From the NCBI GenBank assembly GCA_964057225.1, contig CAXKVF010000076.1, positions 620,001-684,000 of the forward strand: DNA of 64,000 nucleotides, written 5' to 3'. Source of the DNA: Auanema rhodensis. Taxonomy: Eukaryota; Animalia; Nematoda. The position numbers were made by a program, and so were the translations under genes. Shown here one piece after another: positions 43,234-56,213 of this stretch. Numbering within the stretch: position 1 is the stretch's first letter; every line of letters begins with the position of its first letter. The notes beneath the pieces were generated by a model. The model did not search any database, was not told the DNA's origin, and saw only the letters and a program-made list of their open reading frames with translations.

Positions 43234-46200
43234 TAATTTTGAAAACCGCATCTCTTTATCTTTCACGTGAAGCGAGTTACATACCAAGTGCACATCATGT
43301 GTACATTTAATTAGCATAAATTAAAGTTCACGTAAATTTCAAAGTCATGGTTACCATGAAGCAATATCAATAAAAATTTGTTTTTAGACTAATATGGACA
43401 TGGGGAATCTAATTTTGAAAACCGGATCTCTTTATCTTTCACGTGAAGCGAGTTACATACCAAGTGCACATCACGTGTACATTTAATTAGCATAAATTAA
43501 AGTTCACGTAAATTTCAAAGTCATGGTTACCATGCACCAATATCAATAAAAATTTGTTTTTAGACTAATATGGACATGGGGAATCTAATTTTGAAAACCG
43601 CATCTCTTTATCTTTCACGTGAAGCGAGTTACATACCAAGTGCACATCACGTGTACATTTAATTAGCATAAATTAAAGTTCACGTAAATTTCAAAGTCAT
43701 GGTTACCATGCACCAATATCAATAAAAATTTGTTTTTAGACTAATATGGACATGGGGAATCTAATTTTGAAAACCGCATCTCTTTATCTTCCACGTGAAG
43801 CGAGTTACATACCAAGTGCACATCACGTGTACATTTAATTAGCATAAATTAAAGTTCACGTAAATTTCAAAGTCATGGTTACCATGAACCAATATCAATA
43901 AAAATTTGTTTTTAGACTAATATGGACATGGGGAATCTAATTTTGAAAACCGCATCTCTTTATCTTCCACGTGAAGCGAGTTACATACCAAGTGCACATC
44001 ACGTGTACATTTAATTAGCATAAATTAAAGTTCACGTAAATTTCAAAGTCATGGTTACCATGAACCAATATCAATAAAAATTTGTTTTTAGACTAATATG
44101 GACATGGGGAATCAAATTTTGAAAACCGCATCTCTTTATCTTTCACGTGAAGCGAGTTACATACCAAGTGCACATCACGTGTACATTTAATTAGCATAAA
44201 TTAAAGTTCACGTAAATTTCAAAGTCATGGTTACCATGAACCAATATCAATAAAAATTTGTTTTTAGACTAATATGGACATGGGGAATCTAATTTTGAAA
44301 ACCGCATCACTTTATCTTTCACGTGAAGCGAGTTACATACCAAGTGCACATCACGTGTACATTTAATTAGCATAAATTAAAGTTCACGTAAATTTCAAAG
44401 TCATGGTTACCATGCACCAATATCAATAAAAATTTGTTTTTAGACTAATATGGACATGGGGAATCTAATTTTGAAAACCGCATCTCTTTATCTTTCACGT
44501 GAAGCGAGTTACATACCAAGTGCACATCAAGTGTACATTTAATTAGCATAAATTAAAGTTCACGTAAATTTCAAAGTCATGGTTACCATGAACCAATATC
44601 AATAAAAATTTGTTTTTAGACTAATATGGACATGGGGAATCTAATTTTGAAAACCGCATCTCTTTATCTTCCACGTGAAGCGAGTTACATACCAAGTGCA
44701 CATCACGTGTACATTTAATTAGCATAAATTAAAGTTCACGTAAATTTCAAAGTCATGGTTACCATGAACCAATATCAATAAAAATTTGTTTTTAGACTAA
44801 TATGGACATGGGGAATCAAATTTTGAAAACCGCATCTCTTTATCTTTCACGTGAAGCGAGTTACATACCAAGTGCACATCACGTGTACATTTAATTAGCA
44901 TAAATTAAAGTTCACGTTAATTTCAAAGTCATGGTTACCATGAACCAATATCAATAAAAATCTGTTTTTAGACTAATATGGACATGGGGAATCTAATTTT
45001 GAAAACCGCATCACTTTATCTTTCACGTGAAGCGAGTTACATACCAAGTGCACATCACGTGTACATTTAATTAGCATAAATTAAAGTTCACGTAAATTTC
45101 AAAGTCATGGTTACCATGCACCAATATCAATAAAAATTTGTTTTTAGACTAATATGGACATGGGGAATCTAATTTTGAAAACCGCATCTCTTTATCTTTC
45201 ACGTGAAGCGAGTTACATACCAAGTGCACATCACGTGTACATTTAATTAGCATAAATTAAAGTTCACGTAAATTTCAAAGTCATGGTTACCATGCACCAA
45301 TATCAATAAAAATTTGTTTTTAGACTAATATGGACATGGGGAATCTAATTTTGAAAACCGCATCTCTTTATCTTCCACGTGAAGCGAGTTACATACCAAG
45401 TGCACATCACGTGTACATTTAATTAGCATAAATTAAAGTTCACGTAAATTTCAAAGTCATGGTTACCATGAACCAATATCAATAAAAATTTGTTTTTAGA
45501 CTAATATGGACATGGGGAATCTAATTTTGAAAACCGCATCTCTTTATCTTCCACGTGAAGCGAGTTACATACCAAGTGCACATCACGTGTACATTTAATT
45601 AGCATAAATTAAAGTTCACGTAAATTTCAAAGTCATGGTTACCATGAACCAATATCAATAAAAATTTGTTTTTAGACTAATATGGACATGGGGAATCAAA
45701 TTTTGAAAACCGCATCTCTTTATCTTTCACGTGAAGCGAGTTACATACCAAGTGCACATCACGTGTACATTTAATTAGCATAAATTAAAGTTCACGTAAA
45801 TTTCAAAGTCATGGTTACCATGAACCAATATCAATAAAAATTTGTTTTTAGACTAATATGGACATGGGGAATCTAATTTTGAAAACCGCATCACTTTATC
45901 TTTCACGTGAAGCGAGTTACATACCAAGTGCACATCACGTGTACATTTAATTAGCATAAATTAAAGTTCACGTAAATTTCAAAGTCATGGTTACCATGCA
46001 CCAATATCAATAAAAATTTGTTTTTAGACTAATATGGACATGGGGAATCTAATTTTGAAAACCGCATCTCTTTATCTTTCACGTGAAGCGAGTTACATAC
46101 CAAGTGCACATCACGTGTACATTTAATTAGCATAAATTAAAGTTCACGTAAATTTCAAAGTCATGGTTACCATGCACCAATATCAATAAAAATTCGTTTT

Positions 46201-49200
46201 TAGACTAATATGGACATGGGGAATCTAATTTTGAAAACCGCATCTCTTTATCTTCCACGTGAAGCGAGTTACATACCAAGTGCACATCACGTGTACATTT
46301 AATTAGCATAAATTAAAGTTCACGTAAATTTCAAAGTCATGGTTACCATGAACCAATATCAATAAAAATTTGTTTTTAGACTAATATGTACATGGGGAAT
46401 CTAATTTTGAAAACCGCATCTCTTTATCTTTCACGTGAAGCGAGTTACATACCAAATGCACATCACGTGTACATTTAATTAGCATAAATTAAAGTTCACG
46501 TAAATTTCAAAGTCATGGTTACCATGCACCAATATCAATAAAAATTTGTTTTTAGACTAATATGGACATGGGGAACCTAATTTTGAAAACCGCATCTCTT
46601 TATCTTTCACGTGAAGCGAGTTACATACCAAGTGCACATCACGTGTACATTTAATTAGCATAAATTAAAGTTCACGTAAATTTCAAAGTCATGGTTACCA
46701 TGCACCAATATCAATAAAAATTTGTTTTTAGACTAATATGGACATGGGGAATCTAATTTTGAAAACCGCATCTCTTTATCTTTCACGTGAAGCGAGTTAC
46801 ATACCAAGTGCACATCACGTGTACATTTAATTAGCATAAATTAAAGTTCACGTAAATTTCAAAGTCATGGTTACCATGCACCAATATCAATAAAAATTTG
46901 TTTTTAGACTAATATGGACATGGGGAATCTAATTTTGAAAACCGCATCTCTTTATCTTTCACGTGAAGCGAGTTACATACCAAGTGCACATCACGTGCAC
47001 ATTTAATTAGCATAAATTAAAGTTCACGTAAATTTCAAAGTCATGGTTACCATGCACCAATATCAATAAAAATTTGTTTTTAGACTAATATGGACATGGG
47101 GAATCTAATGTTGAAAACCGCATCTCTTTATCTTTCACGTGAAGCGAGTTACATACCAAGTGCACATCACGTGTACATTTAATTAGCATAAATTAAAGTT
47201 CACGTAAATTTCAAAGTCATGGTTACCATGAACCAATATCAATAAAAATTTGTTTTTAGACTAATATGTACATGGGGAATCTAATTTTGAAAACCGCATC
47301 TCTTTATCTTTCACGTGAAGCGAGTTACATACCAAGTGCACATCACGTGCACATTTAATTAGCATAAATTAAAGTTCACGTAAATTTCAAAGTCATGGTT
47401 ACCATGCACCAATATCAATAAAAATTTGTTTTTAGACTAATATGTACATGGGGAATCTAATTTTGAAAACCGCATCTCTTTATCTTTCACGTGAAGCGAG
47501 TTACATACCAAGTGCACATCACGTGCACATTTAATTAGCATAAATTAAAGTTCACGTAAATTTCAAAGTCATGGTTACCATGCACCAATATCAATAAAAA
47601 TTTGTTTTTAGACTAATATGGACATGGGGAATCTAATGTTGAAAACCGCATCTTTTTATCTTTCACGTGAAGCGAGTTACATACCAAGTGCACATCACGT
47701 GTACATTTAATTAGCATAAATTAAAGTTCACGTAAATTTCAAAGTCATGGTTACCATGAACCAATATCAATAAAAATTTGTTTTTAGACTAATATGGACA
47801 TGGGGAATCTAATGTTGAAAACCGCATCTCTTTATCTTTCACGTGAAGCGAGTTGCATACCAAGTGCACATCACGTGTACATTTAATTAGCATAAATTAA
47901 AGTTCACGTAAATTTCAAAGTCATGGTTACCATGAACCAATATCAATAAAAATTTGTTTTTAGACTAATATGCACATGGGGAATCTAATTTTGAAAACCG
48001 CATCACTTTATCTTTCACGTGAAGCGAGTTACATACCAAGTGCACATCACGTGTACATTTAATTAGCATAAATTAAAGTTCACGTAAATTTCAAAGTCAT
48101 GGTTACCATGCACCAATATCAATAAAAATTTGTTTTTAGACTAATATGGACATGGGGAATCTAATTTTGAAAACCACATCTCTTTATCTTCCACGTGAAG
48201 CGAGTTACATACCAAGTGCTCATCACGTGTACATTTAATTAGCATAAATTAAAGTTCACGTAAATTTCAAAGTCATGGTTACCATGAACCAATATCAATA
48301 AAAATTTGTTTTTAGACTAATATGGACATGGGGAATCAAATTTTGAAAACCGCATCTCTTTATCTTTCACGTGAAGCGAGTTACATACCAAGTGCACATC
48401 ACGTGTACATTTAATTAGCATAAATTAAAGTTCACGTAAATTTCAAAGTCATGGTTACCATGAACCAATATCAATAAAAATTTGTTTTTAGACTAATATG
48501 GACATGGGGAATCTAATTTTGAAAACCGCATCACTTTATCTTTCACGTGAAGCGAGTTACATACCAAGTGCACATCACGTGTACATTTAATTAGCATAAA
48601 TTAAAGTTCACGTAAATTTCAAAGTCATGGTTACCATGAACCAATATCAATGAAAATTTGTTTTTAGACTAATATGGACATGGGGAATCTAATTTTGAAA
48701 ACCGCATCTCTTTATCTTTCACGTGAAGCGAGTTGCATACCAAGTGCACATCACGTGTACATTTAATTAGCATAAATTAAAGTTCACGTAAATTTCAAAG
48801 TCATGGTTACCATGAACCAATGTCAATGAAAATTTGTTTTTAGACTAATATGGACATGGGGAATCTAATTTTGAAAACCGCATCTCTTTATCTTTCACGT
48901 GAAGCGAGTTACATACCAAGTGCACATCACGTCTACATTTAATTAGCATAAATTAAAGTTCACGTAAATTTCAAAGTCATGGTTACCATGCACCAATATC
49001 AATAAAAATTTGTTTTTAGACTAATATGGACATGGGGAATCTAATTTTGAAAACCGCATCTCTTTATCTTCCACGTGAAGCGAGTTACATACCAAGTGCA
49101 CATCACGTGTACATTTAATTAGCATAAATTAAAGTTCACGTAAATTTCAAAGTCATGGTTACCATGAACCAATATCAATAAAAATTTGTTTTTAGACTAA

Positions 49201-49745
49201 TATGGACATGGGGAATCAAATTTTGAAAACCGCATCTCTTTATCTTTCACGTGAAGCGAGTTACATACCAAGTGCACATCACGTGTACATTTAATTAGCA
49301 TAAATTAAAGTTCACGTAAATTTCAAAGTCATGGTTACCATGAACCAATATCAATAAAAATTTGTTTTTAGACTAATATGGCCATGGGGAATCTAATTTT
49401 GAAAACCGCATCACTTTATCTTTCACGTGAAGCGAGTTACATACCAAGTGCACATCACGTGTACATTTAATTAGCATAAATTAAAGTTCACGTAAATTTC
49501 AAAGTCATGGTTACCATGCACCAATATCAATAAAAATTTGTTTTTAGACTAATATGGACATGGGGAATCTAATTTTGAAAACCGCATCTCTTCATATTTC
49601 ACGTGAAGCGAGTTACATACCAAGTGCACATCACGTGTACATTTAATTAGCATAAATTAAAGTTCACGTAAATTTCAAAGTCATGGTTACCATGCACCAA
49701 TATCAATAAAAATTTGTTTTTAGACTAATATGGACATGGGGAATC

Positions 49746-49860
49746 TAATGTTGAAAACCGCATCTCTTTATCTTTCACGTGAAGCGAGTTACATACCATG
49801 GTTACCATGAAGCAATATCAATAAAAATTTGTTTTTAGACTAATATGGACATGGGGAATC
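49746..49860. repeat. 115-bp deletion monomer, copy 2
   Basis: Same junction, ACATACCATGGTTACC. Confidence 0.95.
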
Positions 49861-51092
49861 TAATTTTGAAAACCGCATCTCTTTATCTTTCACGTGAAGC
49901 GAGTTACATACCAAGTGCACATCATGTGTACATTTAATTAGCATAAATTAAAGTTCACGTAAATTTCAAAGTCATGGTTACCATGAAGCAATATCAATAA
50001 AAATTTGTTTTTAGACTAATATGGACATGGGGAATCTAATTTTGAAAACCGGATCTCTTTATCTTTCACGTGAAGCGAGTTACATACCAAGTGCACATCA
50101 CGTGTACATTTAATTAGCATAAATTAAAGTTCACGTAAATTTCAAAGTCATGGTTACCATGAACCAATATCAATAAAAATTTGTTTTTAGACTAATATGG
50201 ACATGGGGAATCTAATTTTGAAAACCGCATCTCTTTATCTTTCACGTGAAGCGAGTTACATACCAAGTGCACATCACGTGTACATTTAATTAGCATAAAT
50301 TAAAGTTCACGTAAATTTCAAAGTCATGGTTACCATGAACCAATATCAATAAAAATTTGTTTTTAGACTAATATGGACATGGGGAATCTAATTTTGAAAA
50401 CCGCATCTCTTTATCTTTCACGTGAAGCGAGTTACATACCAAGTGCACATCACGTGTACATTTAATTAGCATAAATTAAAGTTCACGTAAATTTCAAAGT
50501 CATGGTTACCATGAAGCAATATCAATAAAAATTTGTTTTTAGACTAATATGGACATGGGGAATCTAATTTTGAAAACCGCATCTCTTTATCTTTCACGTG
50601 AAGCGAGTTACATACCAAGTGCACATCACGTGTACATTTAATTAGCATAAATTAAAGTTCACGTAAATTTCAAAGTCATGGTTACCATGAACCAATATCA
50701 ATAAAAATTTGTTTTTAGACTAATATGGACATGGGGAATCTAATTTTGAAAACCGCATCTCTTTATCTTTCACGTGAAGCGAGTTACATACCAAGTGCAC
50801 ATCACGTGTACATTTAATTAGCATAAATTAAAGTTCACGTAAATTTCAAAGTCATGGTTACCATGAACCAATATCAATAAAAATTTGTTTTTAGACTAAT
50901 ATGGACATGGGGAATCTAATTTTGAAAACCGCATCTCTTTATCTTTCACGTGAAGCGAGTTACATACCAAGTGCACATCACGTGTACATTTAATTAGCAT
51001 AAATTAAAGTTCACGTAAATTTCAAAGTCATGGTTACCATGAACCAATATCAATAAAAATTTGTTTTTAGACTAATATGGACATGGGGAATC

Positions 51093-51335
51093 TAATTTTG
51101 AAAACCGCATCTCTTTATCTTTCACGTGAAGCGAGTTACATACCAAGTGCACACCACGTGTACATTTAATTAGCATAAATTAAAGTTCACGTAAATTTCA
51201 AAGTCATGGTTACCATGAACCAATATCAATATTTAATTAGCATAAATTAAAGTTCACGTAAATTTCAAAGTCATGGTTACCATGAACCAATATCAATAAA
51301 AATTTGTTTTTAGACTAATATGGACATGGGGAATC
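51093..51335. repeat. 243-bp monomer with an internal 67-bp tandem duplication (equivalently a 109-bp deletion across two monomers), copy 1
   Basis: Junction CCAATATCAAT|ATTTAATTAGC at 51230/51231 repeats monomer positions 72-138. Carries the private CACACCACGTG variant. Confidence 0.93.
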
Positions 51336-54300
51336 AAATTTTGAAAACCGCATCTCTTTATCTTTCACGTGAAGCGAGTTACATACCAAGTGCACATCAC
51401 GTGTACATTTAATTAGCATAAATTAAAGTTCACGTAAATTTCAAAGTCATGGTTACCATGAACCAATATCAATAAAAATTTGTTTTTAGACTAATATGGA
51501 CATGGGGAATCTAATTTTGAAAACCGCATCACTTTATCTTTCACGTGAAGCGAGTTACATACCAAGTGCACATCACGTGTACATTTAATTAGCATAAATT
51601 AAAGTTCACGTAAATTTCAAAGTCATGGTTACCATGCACCAATATCAATAAAAATTTGTTTTTAGACTAATATGGACATGGGGAATCTAATTTTGAAAAC
51701 CGCATCTCTTTATCTTTCACGTGAAGCGAGTTACATACCAAGTGCACATCACGTGTACATTTAATTAGCATAAATAAAAGTTCACGTAAATTTCAAAGTC
51801 ATGGTTACCATGCACCAATATCAATAAAAATTTGTTTTTAGACTAATATGGACATGGGGAATCTAATTTTGAAAACCGCATCTCTTTATCTTCCACGTGA
51901 AGCGAGTTACATACCAAGTGCACATCACGTGTACATTTAATTAGCATAAATTAAAGTTCACGTAAATTTCAAAGTCATGGTTACCATGAACCAATATCAA
52001 TAAAAATTTGTTTTTAGACTAATATGTACATGGGGAATCTAATTTTGAAAACCGCATCTCTTTATCTTTCACGTGAAGCGAGTTACATACCAAATGCACA
52101 TCACGTGTACATTTAATTAGCATAAATTAAAGTTCACGTAAATTTCAAAGTCATGGTTACCATGCACCAATATCAATAAAAATTTGTTTTTAGACTAATA
52201 TGGACATGGGGAACCTAATTTTGAAAACCGCATCTCTTTATCTTTTACGTGAAGCGAGTTACATACCAAGTGCACATCACGTGTACATTTAATTAGCATA
52301 AATTAAAGTTCACGTAAATTTCAAAGTCATGGTTACCATGCACCAATATCAATAAAAATTTGTTTTTAGACTAATATGGACATGGGGAATCTAATTTTGA
52401 AAACCGCATCTCTTTATCTTTCACGTGAAGCGAGTTACATACCAAGTGCACATCACGTGCACATTTAATTAGCATAAATTAAAGTTCACGTAAATTTCAA
52501 AGTCATGGTTACCATGCACCAATATCAATAAAAATTTGTTTTTAGACTAATATGGACATGGGGAATCTAATGTTGAAAACCGCATCTCTTTATCTTTCAC
52601 GTGAAGCGAGTTACATACCAAGTGCACATCACGTGTACATTTAATTAGCATAAATTAAAGTTCACGTAAATTTCAAAGTCATGGTTACCATGAACCAATA
52701 TCAATAAAAATTTGTTTTTAGACTAATATGTACATGGGGAATCTAATTTTGAAAACCGCATCTCTTTATCTTTAACGTGAAGCGAGTTACATACCAAGTG
52801 CACATCACGTGCACATTTAATTAGCATAAATTAAAGTTCACGTAAATTTCAAAGTCATGGTTACCATGCACCAATATCAATAAAAATTTGTTTTTAGACT
52901 AATATGGACATGGGGAATCTAATGTTGAAAACCGCATCTTTTTATCTTTCACGTGAAGCGAGTTACATACCAAGTGCACATCACGTGTACATTTAATTAG
53001 CATAAATTAAAGTTCACGTAAATTTCAAAGTCATGGTTACCATGAACCAATATCAATAAAAATTTGTTTTTAGACTAATATGCACATGGGGAATCTAATT
53101 TTGAAAACCGCATCACTTTATCTTTCACGTGAAGCGAGTTACATACCAAGTGCACATCACGTGTACATTTAATTAGCATAAATTAAAGTTCACGTAAATT
53201 TCAAAGTCATGGTTACCATGCACCAATATCAATAAAAATTTGTTTTTAGACTAATATGGACATGGGGAATCTAATTTTGAAAACCGCATCTCTTTATCTT
53301 TCACGTGAAGCGAGTTACATACCAAGTGCACATCACGTGTACATTTAATTAGCATAAATTAAAGTTCACGTAAATTTCAAAGTCATGGTTACCATGAACC
53401 AATATCAATAAAAATTTGTTTTTAGACTAATATGGACATGGGGAATCAAATTTTGAAAACCGCATCGCTTTATCTTTCACGTGAAGCGAGTTACATACCA
53501 AGTGCACATCACGTGTACATTTAATTAGCATAAATTAAAGTTCACGTAAATTTCAAAGTCATGGTTACCATGAACCAATATCAATAAAAATTTGTTTTTA
53601 GACTAATATGGACATGGGGAATCTAATTTTGAAAACCGCATCACTTTATCTTTCACGTGAAGCGAGTTACATACCAAGTGCACATCACGTGTACATTTAA
53701 TTAGCATAAATTAAAGTTCACGTAAATTTCAAAGTCATGGTTACCATGCACCAATATCAATAAAAATTTGTTTTTAGACTAATATGGACATGGGGAATCT
53801 AATTTTGAAAACCGCATCTCTTCATATTTCACGTGAAGCGAGTTACATACCAAGTGCACATCACGTGTACATTTAATTAGCATAAATTAAAGTTCACGTA
53901 AATTTCAAAGTCATGGTTACCATGCACCAATATCAATAAAAATTTGTTTTTAGACTAATATGGACATGGGGAATCTAATGTTGAAAACCGCATCTTTTTA
54001 TCTTTCACGTGAAGCGAGTTACATACCAAGTGCACATCACGTGTACATTTAATTAGCATAAATTAAAGTTCACGTAAATTTCAAAGTCATGGTTACCATG
54101 AACCAATATCAATAAAAATTTGTTTTTAGACTAATATGGACATGGGGAATCTAATGTTGAAAACCGCATCTCTTTATCTTTCACGTGAAGCGAGTTGCAT
54201 ACCAAGTGCACATCACGTGTACATTTAATTAGCATAAATTAAAGTTCACGTAAATTTCAAAGTCATGGTTACCATGAACCAATATCAATGAAAATTTGTT

Positions 54301-55383
54301 TTTAGACTAATATGGACATGGGGAATCTAATTTTGAAAACCGCATCTCTTTATCTTTCACGTGAAGCGAGTTACATACCAAGTGCACATCACGTGTACAT
54401 TTAATTAGCATAAATTAAAGTTCACGTAAATTTCAAAGTCATGGTTACCATGCACCAATATCAATAAAAATTTGTTTTTAGACTAATATGGACATGGGGA
54501 ATCTAATTTTGAAAACCGCATCTCTTTATCTTCCACGTGAAGCGAGTTACATACCAAGTGCACATCACGTGTACATTTAATTAGCATAAATTAAAGTTCA
54601 CGTAAATTTCAAAGTCATGGTTACCATGAACCAATATCAATAAAAATTTGTTTTTAGACTAATATGGACATGGGGAATCAAATTTTGAAAACCGCATCTC
54701 TTTATCTTTCACGTGAAGCGAGTTACATACCAAGTGCACATCACGTGTACATTTAATTAGCATAAATTAAAGTTCACGTAAATTTCAAAGTCATGGTTAC
54801 CATGAACCAATATCAATAAAAATTTGTTTTTAGACTAATATGGACATGGGGAATCTAATTTTGAAAACCGCATCACTTTATCTTTCACGTGAAGCGAGTT
54901 ACATACCAAGTGCACATCACGTGTACATTTAATTAGCATAAATTAAAGTTCACGTAAATTTCAAAGTCATGGTTACCATGCACCAATATCAATAAAAATT
55001 TGTTTTTAGACTAATATGGACATGGGGAATCTAATTTTGAAAACCGCATCTCTTCATATTTCACGTGAAGCGAGTTACATACCAAGTGCACATCACGTGT
55101 ACATTTAATTAGCATAAATTAAAGTTCACGTAAATTTCAAAGTCATGGTTACCATGCACCAATATCAATAAAAATTTGTTTTTAGACTAATATGGACATG
55201 GGGAATCTAATGTTGAAAACCGCATCTTTTTATCTTTCACGTGAAGCGAGTTACATACCAAGTGCACATCACGTGTACATTTAATTAGCATAAATTAAAG
55301 TTCACGTAAATTTCAAAGTCATGGTTACCATGAACCAATATCAATAAAAATTTGTTTTTAGACTAATATGGACATGGGGAATC

Positions 55384-55498
55384 TAATGTTGAAAACCGCA
55401 TCTCTTTATCTTTCACGTGAAGCGAGTTACATACCATGGTTACCATGAAGCAATATCAATAAAAATTTGTTTTTAGACTAATATGGACATGGGGAATC
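55384..55498. repeat. 115-bp deletion monomer, copy 3
   Basis: Same junction. Confidence 0.95.
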
Positions 55499-55658
55499 TA
55501 ATTTTGAAAACCGCATCTCTTTATCTTTCACGTGAAGCGAGTTACATACCAAGTGCACATCATGTGTACATTTAATTAGCATAAATTAAAGTTCACGTAA
55601 ATTTCAAAGTCATGGTTACCATGAAGCAATATCAATAAAAATTTGTTTTTAGACTAAT

Positions 55659-56213
55659 ATGGACATGGGGAATCTAATTTTGAAAACCGCATCTCTTTAT
55701 CTTTCACGTGAAGCGAGTTACATACCAAGTGCACATCACGTGTTTAACCTTTTTTGCAGCTACGTCCGACCAATTCTTGAATATGCATCCGTGATATGGT
55801 CTCCTCAAGTATCCAAAAAAATATCTCGTATTGAGATGGTTCAGAAAAAATTCCTACGAGCAGTCTTCTCAAGAGCAGGAATTTTTTCAGACTACAAAAG
55901 TCAGCTCACTTTTTTGAATGCTCAAGAACTATCAACCAGAAGACAGGTAACTGATCTAGGTTTTTATTTTTCTCAAATTAAAGACGTATCAACTGACAGT
56001 ATTTTAAGAATTTTTCAAGCTAAACATTTCACACACTCTCTTCGCAGACACCAATGGAATATCGACTATCCTGACCTTCGGAAAGTTGCGACAAGGAATG
56101 GTATCGAGTACAGAGGCATCAAAACTTGGAACGATTTACCTGAAAACCTTGTCAACCTTACTAATGTTCATAATTTCAAGAAACATTTACTCTCTGCTCC
56201 AATAGATTTGTAA
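55659..56213 (+). CDS. Chimeric satellite-LINE ORF, 184 aa (28 satellite-derived codons fused to the ORF2 C-terminus); expression unknown
   Basis: ATG GAC ATG GGG at 55659 is ordinary satellite sequence. The frame MDMGNLILKTASLYLSREASYIPSAHHV runs across the junction at 55743/55744 into FNLFCSYVRP. The ORF is certain; its function is not. Confidence 0.2.
   Translation: MDMGNLILKTASLYLSREASYIPSAHHVFNLFCSYVRPILEYASVIWSPQVSKKISRIEMVQKKFLRAVFSRAGIFSDYKSQLTFLNAQELSTRRQVTDLGFYFSQIKDVSTDSILRIFQAKHFTHSLRRHQWNIDYPDLRKVATRNGIEYRGIKTWNDLPENLVNLTNVHNFKKHLLSAPIDL
55738..55743 (+). repeat. Target-site duplication, left copy (ACGTGT)
   Basis: ...GCACATC-ACGTGT|TTAACC...; corresponds to monomer positions 64-69. 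Confidence 0.85.
55744..56213 (+). pseudogene. C-terminal fragment (~156 codons) of LINE ORF2 (endonuclease-reverse transcriptase polyprotein); endonuclease and catalytic RT core absent
   Basis: Uninterrupted frame ending in TAA at 56211-56213. Motifs RPxLEYxxxxWSP, ExVQ, LxxRRxxxDL and WNxLP are present. There is no YADD motif or APE domain, consistent with 5' truncation. Confidence 0.88.

Larger units (their letters stand above)
1..55743. repeat. 176-bp tandem satellite array, left of the insertion (putative centromeric/pericentromeric satellite)
   Basis: Unit TAATTTTGAAAACCGCATCTCTTTATCTTTCACGTGAAGCGAGTTACATACCAAGTGCACATCACGTGTACATTTAATTAGCATAAATTAAAGTTCACGTAAATTTCAAAGTCATGGTTACCATG(C/A)ACCAATATCAATAAAAATTTGTTTTTAGACTAATATGGACATGGGGAATC restarts at 1, 177, ... 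2641 (=1+15x176), 26225. All copies are head-to-tail with no inversion. The centromeric role is inferred from unit size, AT content and homogeneity. Confidence 0.98.

Noticed and set aside
55659-56213. Host cellular gene or autonomous reverse transcriptase
   Set aside because: The N-terminus is satellite DNA and the remainder lacks the RT catalytic and endonuclease domains.
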